Source: Podarcis melisellensis (lineage: Eukaryota). Taken from it: 64,000 nucleotides of DNA. How positions within the stretch are numbered: the first letter of the stretch is position 1; each line of letters opens with the position of its first letter. The notes below the pieces were generated by a model. It searched no databases. It had not been told where the DNA came from and saw only the letters and a program-made list of their open reading frames with translations. Where the stretch lies: the NCBI GenBank assembly GCA_964234715.1, contig OZ174279.1; one strand, written 5' to 3'. The translations under genes and the position numbers were made by a program. Of this stretch, positions 36,718 to 49,000 are shown piece by piece.

Positions 36718-39700
36718 CTGCAGGCAAGAAAGATACGTTGTAGAAACACGGGTTTTAACTTTGCAACTGTAATCTGTGATCACTCCATATCCCTTAACTG
36801 TGCAAGAAAGCAACAAGCTAAACTGCACTTCTAGGTCAGGGGTCAGCAAACTTTTTCAGCAGGGGGCTGGTCCATTGTCCCTCAGACCGCTCAAGCACTG
36901 CTGCTGCTGGCACCAATAAAGCCTAGCCCCCTTCCTCCTCTAGGCAGGGTGGGGAAAAGTCAGGAGGAGGCGCCGCCACCGTGTGAGGGAGTGGGAAAGG
37001 ATGTGTGCGCTAGAGATCGAAGAAGAAGAAGAAGAGTTTGGATTTGATATCCCGCCTTTCACTCCCTTTAAGGAGTCTCAAAGTGGCTAACATTCTCCTT
37101 TCCCTTCCTCCCCCACAACAAACACTCTGTGAGGTGAGTGGGGCTGAGAGACTTCAAAGAAGTGTGACTGGCCCAAGGTCACCCAGCAGCTGCATGTGGA
37201 GGAGCGGAGACGCGAACCCGGTTCCCCAGATTAGGAGACTACCACTCTAAACCACTACACCACACTGGCACCACACCACAGCGATTCCCGGATCGTCTGC
37301 GGGCCAGATCCAGAAGACAATTAGGCCTGATCTGGCCCACCAGCCTTAGTTTTCTGACTCATGTTCTAGGTACCCCCATAATCCTCCTTTGCAGAATCTG
37401 GGTCTATATGTCATGTACTTGTTCTACTTAAGTGTATTATATAGTATAGTTTATTTGTAGGCTCCTACGAGTCTAGGTTACATTTCTTGGCAATCCAGGT
37501 CAAGAATTATCATAGCCAGGACTTTTTTTCAGCAGCTTGCCATAAAAAAGATTTAGTGACTGTGATGGGATAATGAGCTGCTTGTGCGTAAAAGCTTGAT
37601 CCCTCTGGTGTTTGGCTGGTCAACCAAACCGAGGCACTAACGGAGCCTCCCAAGGCGTGACTCCGTTAGTCGCTGGTAGAATCTGACAGTGGGCGTCTAC
37701 GAAATTTACGCCAGCATAAAAGTTGTTTCACGGACATGCGCCTTCGTGACTCTCTGCGTGACAGCTTCCGGCGAAGGGTGGGAGTTGCCAACGGGGGTCT
37801 TGTTACCTCTGCACTATTCTCACTAGAAGTATCCCAGAGCCCTCCCTCCTCCGACTCCCCTTCTGCCGGAGCTTCTGCTCTCCCCCTGCTGGTTCCCTCC
37901 TCCGCTGCAGAATCTCTCCGAGTCTGCTGGAGCCTCTGCACCATCTCTCTTTCCGATGGCAGTTCCCTGACAGTGACTCTCCAAAAGGAAATGGAGGAAG
38001 ATAAATGAGCAATGGTGGGGAAGAAGGGCCAAGAAGAGAACTGAAGCAGTTAAAGGGATAAGCAAGTCTCCAGCAAATTTATGGCATCTTGCAGTTTGCT
38101 CTTCTGCATTTGTACTCTCACCTTGCCACAAGCAGAGTTCTATGAAGATCATCAGCTGTGATACTCTCAGGGTCATTTTTACGCATTTCCACAAAATCAT
38201 CTTCTACTGCCTGTAAGAGAAGTTGTGTTTTGATTAAATGTAGTGATAAAATTATTGCACTTTCGAAGTATGTTTTAAATACGAGTTGGAACTACATAGC
38301 AAATTACCTTGCTTGTAGCACTGCGCTTTTGAGGCATGTTGAATTCCAGGTGGGAAGAATTATTTACCCACTACACAAAATAAACATCTACCCCTTTTTA
38401 TGCTACTTTTAGCTATTGTAAGGTAGGAATGCAGTGTAGTATTGGCAAAATCTTCCATTGAAGGAGGGACTATAGTTCCAATCCTATATAATGGCAAAGT
38501 GCTTTACTCCCAGGTATCCTAGTGTTACAACAGCTCCTAATGGGCCCCTACATGGTGCCGTTATCCCTTGAAGACAGTATTCTAAAATGAAGAGTCTTCT
38601 ATCCCACCCATGAGAAGACGAGACCACATTTGGCTGCTCCACTACCAATACACACACTCCGTTCACAGGGATCATGTCCTCCTGCACTTTCTCCCCTTGA
38701 TAATAGCAACTTAACTGATTCTAGGATAGTTCTTGACATTTTTCAGGAAGGAACAGGCTGAAGCAGTCATATCTGAGGTCCGACAAAATCCTCAATAGTA
38801 GATTCCCTTTCATAGTTAGGGCAAGGAGTATTGTGGATAAGGGAGGTGGCAGCCTAGATGGAATGACTCTGTCCCAAACTATATACTCTGCTCGACAAGA
38901 GATTCTGGTAAAGCAGAAAGTGCTTTCTCTACCTTGGTCACTTCATCAGATATACTGTAATCCAGCAGTCTCAGCAAGCTTAGATAAATGCGGAACTTGT
39001 TGAGGACAGATGGCAGCACTGCTGTGAGAAGGCTGCTCATGTACTCTTCCATGTTGGGGGGAATGAGCTGCGGCTGCAGGTGGACTTGGCAGTCGGACTG
39101 TGGAAAGACATTGCACAAAATTACTTCTCCTTCACTGTTATCAGTTCCATACTATAAGCGATGTGGGCTGTAATATGAGCCAGATGGGCGAGATAAAAAA
39201 TATTATTAATAATATATATTTATTAAACAATTTTAACAGAACAAATTATCAATCGATATAACCAATTACAATTTTATAACATGCAGAGAATAATATGTGC
39301 AAATAAATCAGAGAGGGGAGTTGAGCTTGCGGGTGGGAGAGTGAGGGATAAAAAAGGGGGAAATTATTATTATTAACAAAGCACAAATATGGTTTAGACT
39401 ATTAACAAAACTTAGGCAACCCTAAATAGATGTATTTGTTACACAGCTCTAACTTGAGGAATGGGGGCTCAATAACTAGCCTATCTGGTTTAACCTCTCC
39501 ATCTACAAATGGAACACCACACATAATGTCTATGATGTGTGGGCCATCATCTTCCAACTCTATGTTGTCCTATCGCTACAGCATCCCAACCTTTCCCTTT
39601 CATTTCAAAGTAAATGAGATCTTAATAGCAAATATAGCATATTTCACCGAACAGCAGTTGAAAGTGGCAAGTAGTGATAACACACAAAATTAGTAGGCCT

Positions 39701-42700
39701 AGGATAGTATGCTCTTGTTCTTCATTAACAAGCTTTCAAATGCAGAGGCAAAGTGAAGTATTGCCATACCGGTAGGAGCGATCTGCCCTCTGAAGTGATA
39801 AGGACATTAATGTTGCATGGGAATTCCATCTGGTGGTAACTGAAGTCATAATCCACCTTCTGCCAAGTTATCAGGTGACCTAGTGCTGTCACATTGTGAA
39901 CACCTACAGAAACAGGAAAAAAAAATCCTCTGAAATGTAGATGCAAATTTTTCAAGTTTTAAACAAAACACAGTCTTTCAATGATCAGTTGGCAGTTATT
40001 TTGTGCAGTATATTACTATCTGGGAATAAATTATCTACTTAAATCACAAGAATATATGTTATATTACACACACACAAACTTCAGGATGTAGAGTCTACTC
40101 CAAGATGATGTAATATTATTGTATGTATCATGGCACTTTCCAGTTCAAAGGGATATTAGGTCAAGTCCTAGAGTAGATCCTGGAGTATATATTTGGAAGG
40201 AGACAGAATGGAGAATTATATTTTGCACAAGTATACATCTTCTGCTGTTATAGCTTCTACTATTTATTCGGTATATCAGTTAAGAATTCCAGGTACTACA
40301 GTATCTGTTGAACTACGTGGTAGAACAAAAAAGAGAGCAATTTCAGCTTTTCAGCACCAGGCACTACTCATCTGAATAAGGAGGGTGCTGGAAAGGGGGG
40401 GGGGAATAGTGAGAGTTTCAGGGTTCCATGAACTTCCATCTATAAGCAATAGTTTTTGTTTCCAGAAATCCCATCGTTCTTGCTTATTCATTCTTCCCCT
40501 GTGCCTCCTGAAGTGCTGCAGTGTCCATTTGCTAGGGTATAAATCTCACCAGGTGCTATGGCACCCATCATGTCCAGCTGGAAAAGTGCTGTAGCAATCC
40601 CTGTGGCCCATGGAACAATTACTACTATAGCATCAGTATGATTTCAAAAGAAGCTAAGAGACCAAATATGAAGCTCCAGATAGATGACATGTTTGTTCCC
40701 TGACCAGGGAAAGAAATTTAATTCTTCTTTGGCGATCATTCGTAGCCAAGTAAGATGGTCTTCCATGAATACGGTCTTAACAGTGAGTCCATAAGTGACT
40801 GTGGAGGCCAATTCTGGATCCACCCATCCTTCCACAGTGGGGACATAGGTTTCCAGGCGGACGTTGATCATGGTGAGGGTTTGCCAAACGTGCCTTGCTC
40901 TTAGCTCATTTCTCCTTTTTGCCCTGAGTTTGTGCTTCTTCAAAGTCCATGACACCTCTGGTAAAGGCTGTTCTCCAATTGGAGCACTCAAAGGCCAGTG
41001 TTTCCCAGTTATCAGCACTTATTCTACATTTTTAAAGATTTGCCTTTAAGAACCTCTTTAAGCCTCTTTTGTTGTCCACTGGTATTTCACTTTCCATTCT
41101 TAAGCTGGGAATAGAGTAGCTGCTTTGGAAGAATAATCGGGCACCCAAACTTTAATACAGTGGTACCTCGGTCTACGAACAGTCCTGTTAACGAACTATT
41201 CGGGCAACAAACTCCGCAAAACCGGAAGTAGGTGTTCCGGTTAGCGAACTTTGCCTTGGAAGAGGAACGGAAGCTGGAGGGTGGAAGGAGGGAAAGCATG
41301 CCTCGTTTAAGAATGCTTTGGTTTAAGAATGGACTTCTGGAAGAAATTAAGTTTGTAAACCAAGGTACCACTGTATACAGTAGCAGACAAGAGGCACTAC
41401 CACTTAGGTGGTGGCAACTACTATTCCATCCTACTGACCACGTTGTACCTACCAACACCTGCTTTTAAAGCAGAAATGCACTACTTGAGCATTCCTTCAC
41501 TTATTATGTCCTTGAGAAAGAAAGGATCGTGATAGCAACTCATGGCTGTGGGTGGCTCCTGTTTTTCACATTTGCAGCCTCTTCACTAGGTACAAACAAA
41601 TGCAGACTAGGCCCTCATTACATGCTCTTTCAAGCGGAGCTAACATTAAGACAAAGTATGATTGCAATATTTTATGATCCAACAGAAGCAGAAAACCTGC
41701 TAGTAGAGAAGTTTAAGATAGCCTGGGCGTTCTACACAGGAGTTACGATATTATAAGGAGGCGTCACTGTTTTAAGCCAAGAAACATAACTAAATGACAC
41801 AAGAAGCTCTATTCTGCCAAGAATGATCTACTGATACAGTGAATTACAGATTTAAGTTTTAGTTTCCCCCTAATACAGAGCTTTTCAATAGATGCCTGAG
41901 GCTAATACTGGTAATACTGAGTAAGGAAGCTAACCGGATGTTCAGAACTGGCTCGAGCTGGAGGCTCCCACGCTGGGAAAGGCAGCAATGACTCAGCAAA
42001 GCTGGAAACAGCTGCCTTCAGAGCAGTGAACATTCATTCCACCAACGGGCAAAAAGGAAGGAATTCCTTATTAAGTCTTCACAAAAGTACACTGTGAAGT
42101 GTACTAAGTTAAGTGAAAACGGAGCAAATTCCCACCCGCCATATCAAACACAAGGTAACAAATTGTTCCACGCACATGTCAGGTTGATCAGAACAAACAA
42201 GGCATGGAGTAACTGGAACAATGAATTAAAGTGTTAAGCAGATTTAAGTAATGGATTTAAATGAAAAGGCTTAAGATTTTGTTGGAGCACTGAGCCAAGT
42301 TTTTGTGAACTGCCCTGGAAACTCTCAGTGGTGGTACAAAAATCCCTTTACAACAAGCAAAATAAAAAAAAACAGTGCTGATCCAGATTTGTCTTTCTGT
42401 GAATGGGAGGGCTTATTGCAGAAGTAACTCAAAATCAGTGGAAGTTCCTGCTGGAGGAAAGGAAATTTCTGTCACTTTCCCTTTCCTCCCAGAGCCACCT
42501 TTTATGCTGCAGAAATCAGCAAAAAACCTCTCCTTCCAGTTGAGTTGCCAGCTGGCACCTATTTATCAAACCCTCCATCTTGATACTAAGCATGGGATAT
42601 GAAAGGACTTTAATCCAAATTTTCTGCAGTACTTTAAGCGCACGTACTCTGCTCTAATCATGCTAACCTGTAAAAATTGGTTAGCTACATATGACATGGG

Positions 42701-45700
42701 TTGTCACGTATGATAATTTGTTATACATTACAGAGACAATGGCTTGGATCCTAGGTTGCTACTCTGTTGATGAAAAAGGGCAACTTCCATCAAATTCTCT
42801 GTCTGCAGCCCCCTGTGCCATATCTTTACAAAGGAGGTGGAAATCCCTGTTATGTGAACTCTGCTGTTTGTCAGAAGGGAAGTTATGATATAAGCCAACC
42901 AGTGGTTGAAAACCCTGATCTCACTGACATGTTAGATAAAATGTCCAATTATTTCAAGAATTGGGATTGTCAGCTTGAGAAAACACACATACATTTTGGG
43001 AGTAGATCACTGTGTTAACCAGCAAGAAGGTCCTGCCTGAGGCTTTTGGAATTGGGAGTCTACCCCTGTTATAAAACAAGGATGCCAGCGGTATAAGGAG
43101 ATGAAGTCAGCACTGCTTCCAAACAGAGAGAAATGATCAGACACAAAAGTAGGCGGCAGAAACATATATAAAGCTACCGTAGTGAAGTTCAGGTACTCTG
43201 CCCTAAGCAATAAAGTTACAGACTGGAGCCAGTTAGACACACTGTCCAATTAAACTGACACAGATGTGATGCCAAAAATGGGTCAACTGAGAGATAACTC
43301 TGTAAAATAATGACAGTGCAACCTGAACAGCCAACATTATCCTTTCTAAATGCAGTGATCTAGTTTCTTCTTAATATTTCTGTTAATGCAAGAGAGCTTT
43401 GCACTGGGATAATGAATGGATGAATGAAACCCAAATACCAACCTCTAGTGTCAAGCTGTCCTTGCTCAAGCAGAGTCTCATCTATCACAAGGGAGGTATT
43501 GCTTGCGAGCTGTAGTACTCCACTCACTAAGCGGTTAGCTGTGTAGTCCTTGTGGGGGTTAAACTTTAAGCAGTTCATGTTCTCTCTGGTCATGGGCAGG
43601 CGATAGGACTGTCAAGGGAAAAAAAAGTTATGAGTTTTCTGCTAAGAAGTGTTTGACAGACAAAACAACACTAAAACAACAACAGAGATATAACAAGCGG
43701 GTCAATACACACACACCAGATTCCAAAGGAAGGATCAAACAGCAACCATGCAGACATCACAAGTTGAATGGGGAAGTTTTTTGTGTATTAGTTTTAAAAG
43801 ACGCAAGTCCTACTGAGTTTCCTTAAAGCTCCAAATTATCATAGTACCCTTGAGTACTAAAGATGTTGCGTAAGGCAAAATAAACTCTATTCCAAAAAAT
43901 ATACCATAGAATTCCACATACAGATACTTCATAGATACTTCATTTCTCCATTTATGTGTTGGCTACTACTATGACCAAGGAACTGAAAGTACTGTTCCAA
44001 TAGCAGTCTTCACAGCTATTGGAACAGAAATATTGTAGGAAAGTGTGCACCTGCCTTTTTAGGTATACTTCTAACACCTCCAGTTCTGCAATGAAGCTTC
44101 TAGGTGGCTACTGTATCAACATACTCATATAGGTGAACTATTGCACAATCAGTTGCTCCACAAAGCATTTATATATATAGAATTCTTACTGCAGGCACTA
44201 GCTGCTGAATAATATTGTATATGTGCTCCGTGTAGACATTATTTCTTGGACAGCCGCTTAAGTTGACTGTGAATTTTCCCAGAGGAAGAACATCTCTTCT
44301 TGCATAGCTAGACAACACACAAAAGAGAAAGCAGACATTTTGAAATTGCTAGAGTGATTGCAAGAAGTTAGTGGCAAATTCATGATTCATGGGGGTTTTT
44401 TTAAATAAAAAAAGCAGATGTCTAGAAGGCTAATAGAAAGCTCAAAAATTGTTTCCCCTCCCCAAACCCTGTAAAGTGAGCTTCAGTTTTATACATCTGA
44501 ATACCAGAAAAGACCTCAGCTTCATATGTAGAGGGCAAATGATGATTGGGAGCACAGTTGAGGATATCAATGGTTCAGGTGGTAAATTATTCAGAACCTC
44601 CAAATTCTCCTCCACAATTATTTCAATCATCAGGAAAGGCTGAGGTAGTTACAAATATTGGCTCAAACCTCCCCTTTTTCACTGACCTCTTAAGAAGGAG
44701 AGAAGCCCTGAAGGAGTTATATTTCTGGATAGTTTTGTTATAATTGTTTATTGGGTGAGGAGCAAGGACAGCTTATGTGTCTAGTTAATTACTCCTCTCC
44801 CAATAGACACTGGAAGGTGAGAAACAAAACATCCAAACTCAAATGCACAAGTTGCCAAGAATGAGAATGAGATGCAACTAACATATGGAACACATAAGAC
44901 AATCAGGTCCGTAACTTCCTGATGCTATAGGAGCCCAATCTGGAGGCGAGCTGAAGGCCCAACCTTAGATGATGAAAATAGGGTACAGTTTAACAGAAGT
45001 AAATTTGGAGAATTTTTGTCCAAAATGTACCACCCTTGAGCAAATTCTCACTCGCTCTTACAAGAATTAGCTGCTGTGAGCCTTGGGCTCAACTGCTTTC
45101 CCACCCTCCTCTGGTGGAGTCAGGAGTAGTAAGTTGGCAGTTAAGTATTTTGCTCAGACTTGGTCAAACTGTGGCTAGTGTTAAATATGGTTAGTTGAAA
45201 CTACCATCAAGCCAAAGCTTATGAAGCTAGTCTGTTTGAATTACCTATAGGTAGGACTAACCACAGTTTAGGATTCAGAGCCAACACTGAGCTGTGGTTT
45301 ATTGAAACAGAGATCTGTACTGGTGGAGGAAGGAGAACATGACCCTGAAGTTGGTGCACATAATGAACCATGGTTTATCACACACATGCGCTGCCCCCAT
45401 TGTTTGAAAGCTTCCCAGAGTTCTTGCTTCCCAGAAATCTTCAATTTCTTGGGCAATGATATACCCAAGGCTATTTCTGTGTATTTGGGTTTAATACATT
45501 AAAACATCTGCTCTGGTTATTAGTTCATAGATGTTATTTTATCTCTTTGAGCCCCTGACACTTAAGAATCTGCTGAGCCGCATGCTAAATCCTAAATTTA
45601 AAAAGGGTTGTGTGGGGAAAATGAAATGTTCTAAATAGCTGACCAGGTTACTTACACTGTGGAAATGAGATGCAATATAAGGTACTCAGCAGCCAGGCTG

Positions 45701-46012
45701 TCTCCCAAGAAGGCATGAGTGAGGAAGCCAAGAAGCTCTGCTCTGACTGGTGACAGTTCAGACATAAAACTAGAAACAACTAACAGAGAACAGTAGGGAG
45801 TAGACAGAAATACCATTGCCTAACAGTCATATAAAATACAGTTCTTTTTATATGAATGAGTATCAACTGGGGAAAAGACTGGACAACATACAACTCTATA
45901 TCCAGCAAAAGAGCAAATTTTGTATCTTGCTGTAAAACTTTGCCCACCTAAGTTTCACACTATGCTACTTTGCCTGACGGTTGGGGCAAAGTTTCTCAAC
46001 ATAGGCCCTTAC

Positions 46013-46055
<43 letters not shown>

Positions 46056-49000
46056 GGTTTAACGTAATGTCTTTCTTATTATATACTTTCATACGACACT
46101 AACCAATACTATACAAAATCTGGTCTGCAAAAGCAGTACATAATTACACAAGCCAGAACACTATATGTGTGCATGTTTAAAGAATATAGATTACACAAAA
46201 ACACAGGGAGGTGTCTGTCATTACAAAGAGCATAGAACCTCAGAATACTACCACCAAGAGGCAAGAAGAGCATGGTTGGATTTGGATCTTGCATGAAGAG
46301 AAGTAGGTGACTCTAACCCTGAAGGAAGATACTGTGCTAGAGATTGGCCTCCATGAGCCAGTCTGGGTTTGAATTTGAGAGGTCTACTGCTTAGCTTCTG
46401 GTCTGTGGGTGCCCTCTGCAGGACAGGACTAATGAACACATTGGCGTACATGCAGCAGCATCACTAAATGTTTGGGGAGGCCACTTGTCGGTCACATTTT
46501 CATGTAACGCTAAAGCATAGTTTAGCACAATATACAGGCACTGGGCTGCATGCTTCCCCTTATCTTTTGCACACACAGCTGGGAGGAGCTGTTTGCAAGC
46601 GTCTGCTCTTGATTTAAGGTGCAGCTTGCAGATTCATCAGGATCTAGAAATGTGCTTAGCCTTAACTATGGTTTGTTCAGCAGGCCACTGTCAGTAATTA
46701 TGGTTTGAAACTGGCTTGTTTGAAAATCAACCATGGTTAATATTAACCACAGTGTAAATGAAACAGCAGCTGTGGTTATGTAAAAGCAGAAGCTGCATGC
46801 CAGAAAGGATGGGAGCCTAAGATGCAATGTAGCCAATTCATACAGCACTCAACTATGGCTCAGTGGAACATGCAGATGTAGACATTAAACAGCATGTTGT
46901 ACATGGATAATATGGAGGGTTATTTTAATAATGTCTCCTTTTTAATCTTAATTTGTAAACTACAGAGAATATAAAATTGAAAGGTGGCATATAAACGTTT
47001 TCTAATCTTGCAGTCCTTGGGAGAGTGCGCCAGGGGCCAAATAATGTTTCAAATCAACCTCTGAGTGGGCAGGCCTCCCTCTGTAGCCTGCACCTTACAG
47101 AATTCAGTAAAGGAAAAGGGGTATGCCATGGGAGAGCAGGGAAAGGTATTAGATCCGAAAAAGTCCCAGTCTCCTGACATTATGCCCCCCAAATGAGTAA
47201 ACATATGCAAGTCCCGAAGAAAAAGAAAAAGCAGGTGGTAACAGACGCCCCCCCCGAAAACCCCCCACTGCTTTATGCTCCCCTTTGTCCTGCAGGGCAC
47301 CCAAAAAGGTGTTTCCCTTCAGTTCTCCCTCTCCCACACTGTTTGGATTGCTCTGTAAATAAATAACAATTAAGAAAGTAGTACTGATTATATTGTAATA
47401 TTTTATCTTTACTCATCACTGTCTACTTTCAAACATAGGAATGAATGGTAACTTGAATTTGGACAGAACTGAAGCTAATAAAGCAATTTATTTATTAATT
47501 TTCTTCCCCTTTTATGCAAACATTTCTCTAGCGAAATTCAGTGCCCACATAATAGCTGGCATAACCCACACTTTTAATTAACACTTGTGCTTAAGTGAGA
47601 AAATTCAATGTATAAAAAACCCCACCCAATTTTCCTTAAACAAAGCTGGGAAATACGGTACATAATCATTAATATGAGCTTTGATTTTTAGGAGGCTGGC
47701 TTCTGCCTCAGAGAAGCATCTAGCAGGGCAACAGCTGTTGTAGGGGGTGGGCGGGGAAAGACTTTTACTCAATATTGTAATTAAGAGCTGTTTCCTCAGC
47801 TTCTATTCCTTTGCTGAAAAACAGCTGATTTGGATTCGTGAATCCTGTTCACAGTGAACCCCTCATTAAAGGAAACTGAATGGTTTTTGAGCCAAGGGAC
47901 TTAAATATGCTGTAGGATTCATAACTACCAGCTATGTTTACAAAAGGATTCAATAGCTCCATCTCCACCAAGGATCTCATAGTAAAACTTGTAGCCAAAA
48001 TATAAACAACTTGCGTAAGGAAGAGAAACTATTAAAAAAAATACAAGTGTCACGAAGCAAAATCAAGCTCAGTTAAAAACCAAAGAGATCAGTGTTGATA
48101 GCAACCTTCTTTAACTATTTGGAGTATGGATCTTTGTAACATACACACTATAATCCCATGTTTGCATATTTCATATGCATTTGTTCACTAGCTAAAAGTA
48201 CAAAATGTACACCAGAGCCTTAACTTTTGCTACAGGGGGTGAGCAATGGTTAATTAGGACTGGCATGGGGGGCCTTTTTCCAGGAATAAGCTTATTTCAA
48301 GTCACATTTTTCAAATAAAAAACCCCCCGACAATGCCAATGTATTTGTGGAAAATCTAGAAAAACCTTGAAATCAAAGGCTTAAAAGATGTTTAGTAGAA
48401 TACCTTTGTGATCTGAATACGTAGGACTCTGGGAACAAGCTTATTTCTTTGTGAATGAGGAAGTGGAAACAATAAAGTCCAGTGCAGACATTCATCAGTA
48501 ATGAGGTAATCTTTCTTTTAATAGCTTAACTACTTACAGCTCTTGCTTTCCTCTTCATTAAGGCAGGCAGGCAATAATGGATTTATGTGTTGAAGTTTCT
48601 GTGCTAAAATCACATGGATTCTGGGAACTAATGAGGCTGGGGGACTATGAACCCTCTGTTCTTCCACTGTGTCCATACATTCCATAGACTCCACTGGAGA
48701 GGATGAATTCTCCCTAGTAAATAAAAACAGCCAAGCTTAAGACACATTCCGTGCAGTTATACAGGTGCCATCAATGAATACAATGACATATAAAACAGAT
48801 AGAGCGGGACTAAAAAATGTACACCATGAAAATTGGGAGGGGCAAGTCCTACTGGGAAGGACAGCTACTACAAGGTTTTAACCCCACTTAGAATCAAAAC
48901 CTGCCACCGTGTACTTCTGTGGGATGAAGCTATAAGCTCTACAGGGGAAGGTATTACACATAATAGGCCTCTTTGCTATGGTACTTGAGGCCGAAAGGAA

